A program made the translations under genes and the position numbers. A model generated the notes under the pieces. The model made no database searches. It was not told the DNA's origin and worked only from the letters and a program-made list of their open reading frames with translations. Positions 50,116-63,283 of a stretch of 63,283 bases of DNA are shown here, piece after piece. Location of the stretch: contig NC_068989.1 in the NCBI RefSeq assembly GCF_001194135.2, positions 81,819,373 to 81,882,655 on the forward strand. The letters are read 5' to 3'. Position 1 is the first letter of the stretch. Every line of letters starts with the position of its first letter. This DNA comes from Octopus bimaculoides (lineage: Eukaryota).

Positions 50116-53100
50116 ATGCCACTGTTCACTTGTATCTCTTGTCGAGTGGTGTTTGCTAACTCAGAACTACAAAAAGCTCACTACAGAACAGACTGGCATC
50201 GATATAATCTGAAACGTAAAGTAGCAGACCTGCCTCCAGTAACTGCAGTAGACTTTCAACAGCGAGTTTTAGAACGAAAAGCACAGGTCAGTCTTTTACC
50301 TCTTATACAATTTTGTTTGTGAAAATTTTTAAAATTTCTAAACAGACGAAGCAATGTGTCATTGGTAATGGGATCAAACTAAATGTGGATATTTTAGTAA
50401 AGGAATTGCAAGATGGATTCTTTAAGCTGAGCCAACTAGCAGGAGACCAAAAACAAGGTGGTTTGATATTATCCATAGTCTTAGTTGGTCATGCTTGGGA
50501 ATCAAGCCAGAAAATCTAGGGATGGTTGCTTCTGATAAGACCCTATTGAGGAGGTGCCTGAGAAATCGACTCTCCCAGGAATGGAGTGGATAGAGAAGAT
50601 GAATGAATGGATGTTATAAGATATCTCTGAGAAAGTCAGTTTAATTGATGTTTATTTTCCATGCTAACATGAGTTGGAGACAGATTTATTTGAAGCAGTA
50701 TCTTACAACCAGATACCCTTCCTGTCACCAACCCTTACCTGTTTTTGGAATGTCAACATGCACGCAAATGTGTGCACACACACACGTGCACCCATGCATT
50801 CACACATTATGGGCTTCCATACAGTTTCTGCCTACCAGTTCCACTTAAAGGCATTGGTAGGCCTGAGGCTCTTTTAGAAGATGCCCAGGATGTCATGCTT
50901 TGAGATAGAGCTAACACCATGTGGCTACAAAGCCAACTCTGTAGCCACTCAGTTAGGCCTATGGGGAGGTGGTGCCATTTTGCAGGCCAATCCATACAAG
51001 TAGAGTTGATGAATGCAGTAAAAATTGCAGAGGATCATATGTCTGAAGATGAAGTATTGAATAAAATGTCAAGTATTGGACGATTCAAAGTATGAAGTGG
51101 TGAGGTGTATTATATAGAAAACTTACTGCTTTAGAAAAGCAGAAGATATTGTATTAGAGTAGTAAGGAAGATACAGGAGAATGTATGTGTGTAATGTGAA
51201 TGATTGCAGTAGGGGAACAGACAGAGAAAAAAAAAAGCTCTGTGGTTTAATAGTTGATCTGTATTTGTCAATCAATCAAATAACATTTTTATAGTGATAA
51301 GAATGTTCCTGTATGCAGCAGTACTATTACTACCACCATCTAATGTAGGTCTTATACCAGTGGTAATAGCTCTACTACTAGAGATATGTACTCTTTATTT
51401 AAAACTTAGATGTGTTCTGTCTAGGCCACCAAATGATCATTATAACTCTTAACATTATAGTGATTGCAGTTTACATTGGACAGCTGAAAATCTTTGTGCA
51501 TCATTGGGGTCCTCTGTTACTAGGAAAGTCTATTTGAACTGGGTACCCACTCCCAATTATCCAGTGACTAACATGGATAAATATAAGAGTGTATGTTAAG
51601 AAAAAATAATAAAAGATATTTTTTTTAATGATTACCCTTCCTTGGTTTTCAGATTTCTGAAGCTAGTAAAAGTCAAGGTAGCTATTGTAAATTGTGCTGT
51701 AAACATTTTGGCAGCACCAAGGCTTATGCCAACCATGTTATGTCTAAGAAACATCAAGAGAAAGAGTTAAAAGAAACCCAAACTCTTGTACAAAAAGAAA
51801 ATGAGAAAAACACTGAGAAGGGAATTTATGAAGAAAATATCAAAGAGTTATCAAACAAGGCTTCAAAACTTGAAATCAAAAATGGTGCCAGCAGCAGCAG
51901 TGGATTGGACATGAAATATTGTGTACCATCAACAAAAACTAATTCTAAAAAACCTGCTGATCCAGTAGCACAACCATCTACATCAGCTGCTGATGAAGGT
52001 ATGATTAGTTGTTATTTATGTTGTTCTATAACAGATTAAACTTTTAATATGTAACAATTTGGCTTAGGCAGGTGAAGGGGATAACATATTTATCTGCTAA
52101 ATTCCTGAAACTTAAATAGACGAAACAATATCACCTGATCATTTAGATTGTTGAGTCACCTTTGAAGACTTCATCTTTATGAGGTTTCCTGTAATCATCT
52201 CTAGTTGGATTGTAAACCCAGTGTTGCAATCTTTATATATTACCTTTTTCATTAACATTCAATAGACTACCTTTCTTGGTAGCTATTTCCAGCCATTGTC
52301 ACCTAGATTACAAATAAACATGTATACTTAGTCACATTTCCATGGGTTTTATAGATCTGTATTCAGTCTTTGAAACTGGTTTAACTCTTTAGCATTCCGA
52401 TTACTTTGTCAAATGTAATGTTCATTTATTTATATTGTTTTAAATTATCTCAAAGCTTCAAGATTTTGACCATGTGATTATTTTTAGATTAGCATTGTAG
52501 GGTAGGGTACATGTGAGAGGCCAGATCTGTCTGGTCTGAACATAAAACTGGTAAAATATTTGGGCTGGATATGGCCAATTTAAATACTAAAGGGTTAATG
52601 ATTCACTCTCAACAACTTTTAGTAGTTTCAAATAAAGATGGAACCAACGAATTGTGTCTTCCATTAAAGATTTATCAGTAAACACTTGTATCATTATCTG
52701 ATACTCAATCGTCATCATTTAATGCCTGCTTTCCGTGTTGACATGGATTAGATGGTTTGACTGGAACTAGCAAGCCAGAGAGCTACACCAGGTTCCAGTC
52801 TGATTTGGCTTGGAACTGTCATTTTATTTCAAAGTCTAAAACTGTGATGATTTTGAGGCAGCTATTCTGGTGATTATTTAACCAATATACCTCGGTGTTC
52901 CATCAGATATCACCATCTTTGTACTAATCACATACATCCTTTTATTTACAGCTTATTTCTGGTTGTCATTGAATGACTAAATGTTTAGTTGTGGGTCCAT
53001 ATCCTATTGCAGTCATTTTTGACTCTAGAACCAGAGATTTAATTTTACATACTTCAGTTTATTTTGTTGGGAAATTAGTAAGTTAGTTGCAATATACTAG

Positions 53101-56100
53101 TGTCTTATCCAGGAGAAGCTGTATTTAACATTTTATATTTCATGAACCAAAGGTCATGGACTTTTGCAGTTTATGAAAATATTGACTTTCTTCAACTATT
53201 TTACATTTGATTTCTCTACTAGTTCGCTATAAACAAATATTTTTTGATTAATGTATTTTTTATTAAATTTAAATTAATCACCATCCATACATTACTTAAC
53301 CCTTTAGCGTTCAAATTAATATTTCAAAAGTAATCCTTATTCATTTACATTTTTAAAAGTTAATCTGGTATTATCCTGTAGCTTCAAGAGTTGAAAGATG
53401 TAATTGTTTATTTTTAGAATGACATTGCAGGGTAGGTGTGAGATACTTGTTCTAGCCAGTTTGAGCATAAAATGAGTAGAATATTTGGGCTGGATATAGC
53501 TGGTTTGAACACTAAAGGGTTAAACATTCTTTTCAATTTATAAATCTGTAAACAAAATTTTTTGTTTCAATAGGAGCATCACTACTTTCAAGACATTTTG
53601 TTTGAGATGAACAGAAAATATTTTAAATTAACATGTTTTATGTTAATTTCTCTGTGTGTATGTGTGAAATTTCAGTTCTTTATATTACCTTCTTTCGCTT
53701 AACTCAGTTTATATTCCCAAATTTTCACAGTTCTTTTAAGAGATTTGATTTTGCTTCAATTTATGATTGCTTTTATCCATTTTATTGTACACTTTCTCTT
53801 AGATTCTGATTGTGAATCTGATGGCTCCTGGGAGAGTGTTGAGGGAGAGGCCATTCCTATTGAAGCTTGCCTTTTCTGCCCAGTGGTCAGTAAATCACTG
53901 GAGAAGAACATGCAACATATGACTCAAGCTCACAGATTTTTCATCCCTGATGCTGAATATCTTGTTGATGTTGATGGTTTAATTGCTTACCTTGGTAAGT
54001 CATTTTTTCTTTTTCTCACTTTACCTCTCTCTTATCTACTCGAAATTTGTCTGGGACAGAAAAGGTTCTATGTTGGTGTTGTGTCGACGCCCCCAAACGA
54101 AGAAGTAGGATCGACCAAGGCATATAAATAGAGGTAGTCTGACCGTGGTAGGGGTTGACTGGCTGTTGAGTAGCAGTTGTGAAGCGATTGAGTAGAGATC
54201 ATCCGAAGGTGCTTGATAGCAGTAGCTTGAGACATAACAGTAGGTTAGACTGGTCCATAGTAATGTTTCTTATTTCTTTACTGCCCACAAGGGGCTACAC
54301 ACAGAGGGGACAAACAAGGACAGACAAAGGGATTAAGTCGATTATATCGACCCCCAGTGCGTAACTGGTACTTATTTAATCAACCCCGAAAGAATGAAAG
54401 GCAAAGTCGACCTCGGCGTAATTTGAACTCAGAAGGTAACGGCAGACAAAATACCGCTAAGCATTTCGCCTGGCGTGCTAACGTTTCTTATTTCTTTACT
54501 GCTGACGGGGGGCTAAACATAGAGGGGACAAACAAGGACCCCAGTGCATAACTGGTACTCACTGCCTTTAGTAATGTTTCTGACTACTGTTCACTAAAAA
54601 CAGTGTCTCCTGGTGATGATTGGGTTGGTTATAATAATGTACTGACAACTGTCCATTAGAAAGGTTTAGAGTTTGCAGCTGAGATGCCTCATATTGTCAA
54701 CGTACAACAGTTTTAACTTTTTGAAATCTATCAAATGAAGGACTCGACACTTTATGAATTAACTTCCGAGATTCTAATTTGCTATTGAAAAGATTTAATA
54801 AGTTTCCATTAGCCAAACTAGAACCCTCTATCTGTTGGTTACCAGACAACAACATTACTAATTACACTAAGCACTGATTGTATTTCCTTCTTTTTGTTAG
54901 TTTCTATAAATTGTTTTTGCTATTTTAATTATACCATTTTGTCACCACAATTATTCCTGAAACGAGTTATTTGCTCATATTCTCATTAATAGTGTCTATA
55001 AGCAACAATGCAAGACAAGACATACAACACTTATAATCAATGATGTCTTCCTCATTTCTTTCTCACATTACTATTTATAATATCAAAGAGGCTGTTCCTG
55101 TTTACAGGTGATGTGCTTAATTCATGTTTTATTCAGCAGATAATAAATTAAATTCATCTCCCCAAAATGGAGGCATTTAACCAAATACACTTTGTTGCAA
55201 GCATACAAACCAAGTCTCTGGCTCCTTTCTTTTCACCAGTCTCAGGGACCCTAAAAATACACTTGGATGCTGCCCTTTCTTCTTTGCTGGCTTGGCCATG
55301 ACATCAAGCAATGGTGGGGAGGACAAACATAGACACACAAACACACACACACATATATATGACGGGCTTCTTTCAGTTTCCGTCTACCAAATCCACTCAC
55401 AAGGCTTTGGTCAGCCCCAGGCTATAGTAGAAGACACTTGCCCAAGGTGCCACGGAGTGGGACTGAATCCGGAACCATGTGGTTGATAAGCAAGCTACTT
55501 ACCACTCCTGCGCCTGTTATTAATAATTTACGAAGAAGAATTATGTCTGCTTTGCCATGCTGGCTTCATCATATATTTTATTTTTGGCAATAATAGGCTG
55601 AACAGTTAGAGGGGAAGTTGACTACTGCATCTTGTATGTTCGTGTTAACTTTTTTTAAACTTTTCTGTAGAGATGGTTTATACATCTGCTGCATGTATAA
55701 TGATATACTGTATTCTACATGTAGTGTGTATACATTGTTATATTGTGGTCTGCACATGTGATTTATAAGCAATCTGTTATGATACAAGGTTTTTCTGTTT
55801 TCAATTCATATTTATTTATTTGATGTATCTGAAAGATTAAGGCAGGTCAACTGGTGCATCTTCAGGCTTTTTGTGCTTGATGCACAAGCGAGTTCTTGTA
55901 GAAAATTTAATCTCTTATTTGCTGAAATTATTACAGCCTCTCTGTGTTCATTGAAAATCATTGTGTTGTGAGTGCAGTTTTAGATAGTAATTGCACAACT
56001 TAGATGCCATTCCTGACTTGGTTTACATTCAGTCCCTGTCTGTAATTATCTGTTTTGCAATAAAAATCTTCCTCCATATACAGAAACTATACTGAAGAGC

Positions 56101-58232
56101 CTGCTGAATTTTATCTGTAGCTAAAAACTTGAGAAAAGCATGCATGTAACAATTTCCAGTATGTCCAGTTTAACACAGTATATCTTCTCTGTATTTTGTA
56201 GGTGAGAAAGTTGGTGAAGGGAATATGTGTTTGTGGTGCAACGATCGTGGTAAAACATTTTACAGCATTCGATCTGCTCAGCAACACATGACTGACAAAA
56301 ACCATTGTAAGATATTACATGAAGGAGATGCTTTACTTGAATATTCTGACTTCTACGACTACAGGTAGGTACTGAAGGCTTTTGCTATTCTAACTCAGAA
56401 TCTGCAGCCAATTTTAGCCCATTGTCTTAAATGTAAGGAAACTATTATAATAGTTTTTAGTTAAACCAAAGCCTCTTACTCTTTCATCACCATTTAATGA
56501 TCACAGGTAAGTTCACTGTCATCAATTCATTGCAGGAGAGTTTACCGAGAAAATATATCCATAGTATCTCACCATTAATAGTTTAAAATTATTTAGAAAA
56601 TATATCCATAGTATCTCACCATTAATAGTTTAAAATTATTTTATTGAAGTTGAAAAAATTATGTCAAAAAATTTGTACAGTGCATTTTCTCTGCAGTGAA
56701 TTGATGACATTGAACTTACTGGACATGTCATTTAACATTCTCTTTTCCATGGACAAACTTTAGTTCAGGTAAATTTTCTGTGTCTGGATGGCCTTCCTGT
56801 TTCTAAGCAAGATAATATTTTTCCAAAGACAGACATGTTCTCACAGAATTTTGGAAATAAATGACACTGCATGCAAGATCATAGCACTCATTTACAGTGA
56901 TCATGTGGTGTCAAGACAAGGAGACAAACACACACACTTATATACATACAACAGGCTTCTATCTACTAAATCCACTCACAAAGCTTTGATTGGCCTAGGG
57001 CTGTTGAAGACACTTGCTCAAGGTGTCATGCAGTGGAACCATTTGCTTGGTACACAAACTTCTTACCACACACCCATGCCTGTGCCAATTTGTTAATACT
57101 AATCTACATATATATCTTAATATAATCCATCTCCCCCTAATGGATTAAGTTAATCTACTGATGTTCCATTGGGAACATCAGTAGATTAACTGTAGTTCTT
57201 TTTTCCTATAAAATATAAACCTATTTCAGTGCATAAATCTTGTTTTCATTGAGATGATTTTGTATGTCGTCACTTCAGGCCAAGTTATCCTGATTATAAA
57301 GAAAGGGAAGCTACTGGAACCGATGATGAGGATGATGAAGAGGTGAATATCGAAGAACTGGCAACAGATGGCTATGAACTAGTTTTACCTTCTGGTAAGT
57401 TTGTATTTACTTTATTGTATTTTTGGAGTTGCTTTATTGGAAGAAGAAAGTCACCTTGTATGAGACTTTTTTTTTTTTTATATGCGCCCTTCTAAAGCCA
57501 GGCTCATGGGCCCGGTTTCTATGGCGTATATGTTCCCCTGCCAGCTGGACGGGACGCCAGCCCATCGCAGCGTTACTCAAGAAACAGGAAGAAAGAGTGA
57601 GAGAAAGTTGGGGCGAAAGAGTACAACAGGGGTCGCCACCACCCCCTGCTGGAGCCGCGTGCAGCTTTTAGGTGTTTTCGCTCATTAAACACACACAATG
57701 CCCGGTCTGGGAATTGAAACTGCGAGTTCACTGTCCTAACCACTGGGCCATTGCGCTTCCGCCTTGTATGAGACTACTGTCTAAATATTAACAAAACTTG
57801 CTCTTTTGTGTTGTAGGTGCAACTATAGGTCATCGATCACTTCAGGTATATTACAAACAGAACCTGCCGCCTCGAAAATATACACAAACTGGAAAGTTAT
57901 TACCACGGCTGCTGGCGCAATACAAATCACTTGGATGGACTGGTATTTCTGGTAAGTTCCATACAGTTTTAATATTTGAAGGACAAAGCAGCCAAGTGTC
58001 AGAATATATACACTGTTGTATTTAGTGTTTTAAAATACCTGCAATATGTTAATGTAATTGAATTATATTGTCTAAGTAATTATTTTCTATTCTTTAATTT
58101 TTAGGTCCTGCAGCACAGAAGAAAGCCAAGGATGTAGCATATGTCCAGAATCTTCGTGCAAAACGGCATCTCAACTTAAGTATAAAAGCTAATAAATTAC
58201 AGAAACACTTCCGTCCGCAGGTGGTATTCTAA
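50116..58232 (+). CDS. ZNF622: Zinc finger protein 622 / Rei1-Reh1-like cytoplasmic pre-60S maturation factor (416 aa; exons 50116-50286, 51653-51998, 53803-53994, 56202-56364, 57279-57394, 57817-57951, 58105-58232)
   Basis: Contains FTCISCRVVF...HYRTDWHRYNLKRKVA, CLFC...HMTQAHRFFIPD.EYL, CLWC...HMTDKNHCK, ELVLPSGATIGHRSL and a C-terminal KANKLQKHFRPQV. All introns are GT-AG and the phases join into a 1251-nt CDS. Confidence 0.96.
53296..53523. mobile_element. piggyBac-type MITE with TTAA target duplications; sister copies at 52381-52598 and, inverted, about 48930-49129
   Basis: TTAA-CCCTTTAGCGTTCAAA ... TTTGAACACTAAAGGG-TTAA. Confidence 0.75.
56548..56641. repeat. Perfect 47-bp tandem duplication in ZNF622 intron 4
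   Basis: AGAAAATATATCC...AAAATTATTT occurs twice in tandem. Confidence 0.9.
57123..57191. repeat. Two abutting perfect hairpins in ZNF622 intron 4
   Basis: TAATCCAT/ATGGATTA (8 bp) followed immediately by AGTTAATCTACTGATGTTCC-ATTG-GGAACATCAGTAGATTAACT (20 bp). Confidence 0.9.
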
Positions 58233-58394
58233 AGAATATTTTATTTTCATGTTACAAATAAACAAGTTTATATAAACATATTTTTGCGTATTATTTGAAG
58301 TATTTTTTTCATCCATTTCTATATAAAAACAAAATTTAATATATAAAATTAACATAATTTTGGAATGTTCACATTACAGTCAGTTGACTGTTGT

Positions 58395-61300
58395 TCAGAG
58401 ATGAGCCACTTTGGTATGGATTTCCAAGAGGTCTTTCATTTCATTGAAAACTTCAGTGAGGAGGCTGTTGAATTTCTCACAGTCAGTAGAGTCACTGTCT
58501 TTAAATGATGAAGCAAACACGTAGATTCTGGAGAGAATATGAAATTTTATCCATTTAGAACTAAAATCCAACATTATTAGAAATGAGTAAATGAATATTT
58601 CTGTTTTATTAACAACATTGAGAAAACATGTGGAAAATGTTACCAAAGACATTCCTTCAAGTAATGTTATCTAAAACCCAACAGCCAAGTGATATCAGCT
58701 AGTGACATCCACAACTGATTTAAAAAAGAAAAACATCTTTTCCTAGAAGTTACATACCCCCCCCCCCCAATTGCACTGTTTACACCTCCCTACCCTCTTA
58801 ACACTACTTACATAATACCCCATTCCTAGTTGCATGTCTCCCTCTTCCTTCTATAGCAAGGCTAAAATGAAAATGCCAGTACTTACAAGCCTTCTTCAAT
58901 GTGATAAAAGATTCCATAACCATCTTTAACCATGGGCAATGTCCCTCCTTGAGCTGTCGTGTAACCAAGGAAACTGGTAGACAGGTAAAAGTTACCACCA
59001 CCACCGCTGAATTAAAAATTTTGAAGTTGAATTTACTGATTATTATTTACAGCAATATATCTTCACATCCAACTATTCAAAATGAGGCCCCTTCAGCCAT
59101 TAATTATATCTCAGTTTAAAAAAAAAAATTTTTGCGTTATTTTCTTGTGAATTTGCAGTTTTGTGTGTTTTTTTTTTTTTTAACCTCTTCACCTTTGAGA
59201 AATGCTTCACTTGTGCCACTAAGATACTAAATCAGGTGGTATAAGAAAGTGTCTTAAGCAATAACTGGCCTAGCAGGGGCATTAGCTGCTAGAAGGGCAA
59301 AGAAAATGTGTTAGAAGAAACTACACTGGTATTAAACAGGTTAAAATGAAAAGAATATCGGTGTAGTGCTGGTTTTGTACCAAGAAGAACTACTAATGCC
59401 AACTTCCTGGTGAGACAGCTGCAACAGAACAATCTAACCAGGAATAAGCCCCTATACATGGCATTTGTTCATCTAGAGGTCTTTGATATGGTTCCCTATG
59501 ATAGACAGTCTAAACTACAGATATACATAAGAGACAGTTGGTTCACAGGCTTGCTAACAGAAAAGGTAGACTTCATATGGGGTAGGTCTATAGGCTCACT
59601 CCAATGCCCAACCAGCTTTCTAGAAGTAGTTGATAGCTTGTCAAATTAAGAACTGGTTCAGGAAGTTCATAGGCGCAGGAGTGGCTGTATGGTAAGTAGC
59701 TTGCTTACCAACCACATGGTTCCGGGTTCAGTCCCACTGCGTGGCACCTTGTGCAAGTTTCTTCTACGATAGCCTCGGGCCGACCAAAACCTTGAGTGGA
59801 TTTGGTAGACGGAAACTGAAAGAAGCCCGTCGTATATATGTATATGTTTGTGAGTTTGTCCCCCCAACATTGCTTGACAACCGATGCTGGTGTGTTTATG
59901 TCCCCGTAACTTAGCGGTTCGGCAAAAGAGACCGATAGAATAAGTACTATGCTTACAAAGAGTAAGTCCTGGGGTCAATTTGCTCAACTAAAGGCAGTGC
60001 TCCAGCATGGCCGCAGTCAAATGACTGAAACAAGTAAAAGAGTAGAAAGAGAGTAAGCTATTATGTTTGCTGGCAATGAAAGGCTTTTCCAGAGTGAAGA
60101 GTAGATTGTGTTATGACTTGAATGCTAAAGCTGTATGAAGACTAGAAAGAAATAGAGTGAACATGCTCTGCTGGATGTGTAATTCTAGTGTGTATGAACA
60201 ATGGAAGACAAATGAGCTGAGAAAAAAAAAAACTGAACCTAAGAAGAACGTGTGCAAGGGAGATGAATCTATTGGTATGGACATGTGATGATAACGATGG
60301 TGTGTGTGTGTGTATAAATAGGTACAGGGTGGGCCAAAAAAACCATGCACAAAATAAGTTCAATATGTTCCAGAATTGTCAAAGACCTTCAGTTTTTCTA
60401 AAATTGAATAAAGTAATGAATACACATATACATAAACAAAATTAATAATAATAACGTAACAAATAAAATGTCATATCTTCGCATGTGGCTTTTGGCCTAA
60501 ACTGTATTCAGTTTCTTTTGCATTGAAAGTGTTTACTGGTTTGAAGTGCTCATCTCACAGTCATGGATTTGAATCCTGGACTGAGCAGCACGTATCATTT
60601 CATGGGGATCTAAATTGCTCAGCTGAAAATGAGTACAACCCAAGAGTCTCAGTAACTTAAAGTACTTCAATGCCCTATGCTGCTAACAGTAAGAAAGATT
60701 TCCTGACATGTAAGGAATAAGCCAAGAGTGCTTGTGACAAGCTTCACAACATCTTTCAGTCAAGTTTCAACGTCAAAGCTAGCCAAGGAAGGACTTTCAA
60801 AATAGCTTTGATGGTATTTACATAAAACTTCTCATGGTATGAGTGCAAAGCCAAAAACGAAAATTTATAAATGCATTCCATTCATTGTGAAGGCACATGG
60901 CTTAGTGATCAGGGTGTTGAACTCGTGATCATAATATTCTGGTTTTGGGTGATGCATTGTGTTCTTGAGTAGAACAATTTCATGTGGCTCCAGTCTACCT
61001 AGCTGTGATGGACCAGCACTCCACTCAGGGAGGAATATATATGCCAGACAAACCACAAAACCAGCCCTATGCTCCTTACGGAGTGATGTGGACTAATCAT
61101 TCCATCCATTACTATTGTTGCTCAATACAGAATGGGGTTTACTGGCCATAGCTGTTGTACTGACCAACAGGCCATATCGGACATCATGCTTTGGAAACTG
61201 CTACATCCTAATACAGGACTACATTGGTGTTACTAGCAGAGACACACAACATGAAATTGAGGACCTCCCAAAATTAATAGTGGTGGGGACAGATTCTTGG

Positions 61301-61739
61301 TGCAGCCACTTAAAGGAGATTATGCATATACACATACACACATTGACAGGTGTTTTGATGTGGCTACATTAGAAATCATACACAAGGTTCTGTCAGTTAT
61401 TGAACAGATGACCGCAAACAATGAACTGTTTAAGATGTAACATTTTCATAGATAGATATATTATAAACTGACCTCTTTATGAAAGCTGGGTCTGTAAATA
61501 TTGCCGGAATATCTTCACCATTATCTCTTGCCAGAACATACAGTGCCAATAAATGTCTGTCGCAACCTACAGTGGAATACAGTGAAGAAGAGTCAGTTGA
61601 ATGCAGTCAGTGTTGGTGACATGTACAAATGTAATGGATTTAGAAACCTCCAGAACTTACCTTCCAAATTCTGAGCTTCGCTTCTCAGTGTGTTGTGTTT
61701 CTGTGCAGCTGCTAACATGAGGTTCAATTTTTCTGCTTT
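58395..61739 (-). CDS. CROT: Peroxisomal carnitine O-octanoyltransferase, 3-prime part (exons 61661-61739, 61473-61566, 58887-59006, 58395-58527); upstream exons not found in the window
   Basis: The spliced peptide KAEKLNLMLAAAQKHNTLRSEAQNLEGCDRHLLALYVLARDNGEDIPAIFTDPAFIKSGGGGNFYLSTSFLGY...PMVKDGYGIFYHIEEGLIYVFASSFK...* matches the carnitine acyltransferase C-terminus. SGGGGNF.LSTS is typical of CROT. Phases are consistent. Confidence 0.92.
59230..59660 (+). mobile_element. Degenerate RTE LINE reverse-transcriptase fragment in a CROT intron
   Basis: RQLQQNNLTRNKPLYMAFVHLEVFDMVP resembles the RT motif RQLQEK...KPLYMAFVDLEKAFDRVP. The 3-prime side is interrupted by a SINE. Confidence 0.7.
59675..60050 (+). 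mobile_element. CORE-type SINE family B, near full length; other copies at about 512-665, 1322-1632, 2290-2618, 12465-13745 (interrupted), 34730-34900, 55285-55515, 56905-57085
   Basis: tRNA-like head (gtggtaagtagcttgct...gggttcagtcccactg), a CORE-like caccttgggcaagtgtcttct segment in most copies, and a shared tail across at least 8 copies. Confidence 0.85.
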
Positions 61740-63283
61740 CTGTTAATAAATTGGAATCAAATTCAGAAATAGTGATGAAACATTTAAGCAGCTCTACTTA
61801 ACTATATATCAGAAGTCAAAACTAGAAGGTTATGACGATTTACTAACATCATGCAGTTTGTCATCTACTAAAGGCTTGGTGACTATATTCTTGCACTGTG
61901 ATAGAGTGGAAGTTGTCTGAGAGTGAAGGAGAACTCATACATGAATGCATATAAATATATGTGATTGCTAACCTGGAANNNNNNNNNNNNNNNNNNNNNN
62001 NNNNNNNNNNNNNNNNNNNNNNNNNNNNNNNNNNNNNNNNNNNNNNNNNNNNNNNNNNNNNNNNNNNNNNNNNNNNNNNNNNNNNNNNNNNNNNNNNNNN
62101 NNNNNNNNTGAGGTTCAATTTTTCTGCTTTCTGTTAATAAATTGGAATCAAATTCAGAAATAGTGATGAAACATTTAAGCAGCTCTACTTAACTATATAT
62201 CAGAAGTCAAAACTAGAAGGTTATGACGATTTACTAACATCATGCAGTTTGTCATCTACTAAAGGCTTGGTGACTATATTCTTGCACTGTGATAGAGTGG
62301 AAGTTGTCTGAGAGTGAAGGAGAACTCATACATGAATGCATATAAATATATGTGATTGCTAACCTGGAAAAAAGGCCATTTTTCACTGTGGTTTGCCATA
62401 GAGAAAATTCTTGCTTTAGGTATAGGTGTCGAAACAACATCAGTCATCTCAGAGTCTCCTGGTTGACCAATAAATGCATTTGTAACTATTTGGTTATTCT
62501 CAGTATCAACTACTTCACAAGAGACAACTTTGGAAGCTATAGCTTTGTTTATAGAAAATCAGTGAAAGCTATTTGTTGATTCAAGTGATGACCTGCCAGG
62601 CTAGAATAAATTATATATTATGCATGCTAAGTAGTGTTGTAAACTAAAAAATCTTTTAAATCAGTTCAGATATGATGGTGTTCTGAGACCTATTGCCTGA
62701 AATAAGAATTTTCTCCATGGCAGATCACAGTGAAAAATGGCCTCTTTACAGGTCAAATATGTCGCAAACATACTTGAACTGATTTATAAGTTTATTTAGT
62801 TCACAATACTGCTTAGCATGCATAATATATAACAAAACAGGAAAAGATGCAGCAACACTCTATACACTTTTCTATGAACACACATAAACAATTAGCACTT
62901 CTCCAAATTAAATAAAAATTCTCCATACCATTTTGCTACCATTCAACAGAATTCAAATTACCAGAGGAAATTTTAACTTAACAGTGACTATATAAAGTTC
63001 GACTGGGGTCTGGGAAGCCAGGAGGCTGCACCAGGCCCCAATCTGATCTGGCAGTGGTTTCTACAGCTGGGATGACCTTCCTAATGTCAACCACTTCGAG
63101 AGTGTAGTGGGTGCTATTTACATGCCACCAGCACAGGGACCAGAGGAGCTGGCATCAACCACGATCAGATGGTGCTTTTTACATGCCACCAGCACTCAAG
63201 CCAGTCAAAGCGGCACTGGTACGAAAAGGAAAATTAACTGCAGTATTTATCCTGAGGTAATATTTTTATTATGGATGCATAGT

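Noticed and set aside
61718-62369. Apparent tandem duplication of part of a CROT exon and intron (61718-61978 and 62109-62369)
   Set aside because: The copies look identical and directly flank an N gap, typical of an unmerged contig overlap.

Overview
AT-rich, SINE- and microsatellite-dense animal genomic DNA with many N gaps. The SINE types and RTE tails suggest an Octopus draft scaffold, which is an inference. Four protein-coding genes can be rebuilt exon by exon from splice signals. Two are tandem minus-strand alpha-tubulins: a near-canonical Tyr-terminal copy (4859-10124) and a divergent Phe-terminal copy with a one-residue K40-loop insertion (28589-37078). The others are a complete 7-exon ZNF622/Rei1-family pre-60S factor (+, 50116-58232) and the last four exons of carnitine O-octanoyltransferase CROT (-, 58395-61739), tail-to-tail with ZNF622. 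The rest is mostly tRNA-derived SINEs, RTE LINE fragments, mariner/hAT/piggyBac/Harbinger/Helentron relics and MITEs. No complete novel system can be demonstrated. The best leads are: (1) two orphan promoter modules (CCAAT + TCACGTGA + TATAAATA, one with a perfect heat-shock element) between the tubulin paralogs with no recognisable gene behind them; (2) a minimal hammerhead-ribozyme relic just past the poly(A) signal of tubulin 2; (3) apparent gene-conversion patches between the tubulins; (4) an exact SINE-SINE junction recurring at three loci; (5) several fold-back structures that could be ADAR or small-RNA substrates. No CRISPR array, rRNA or genuine tRNA gene was found.
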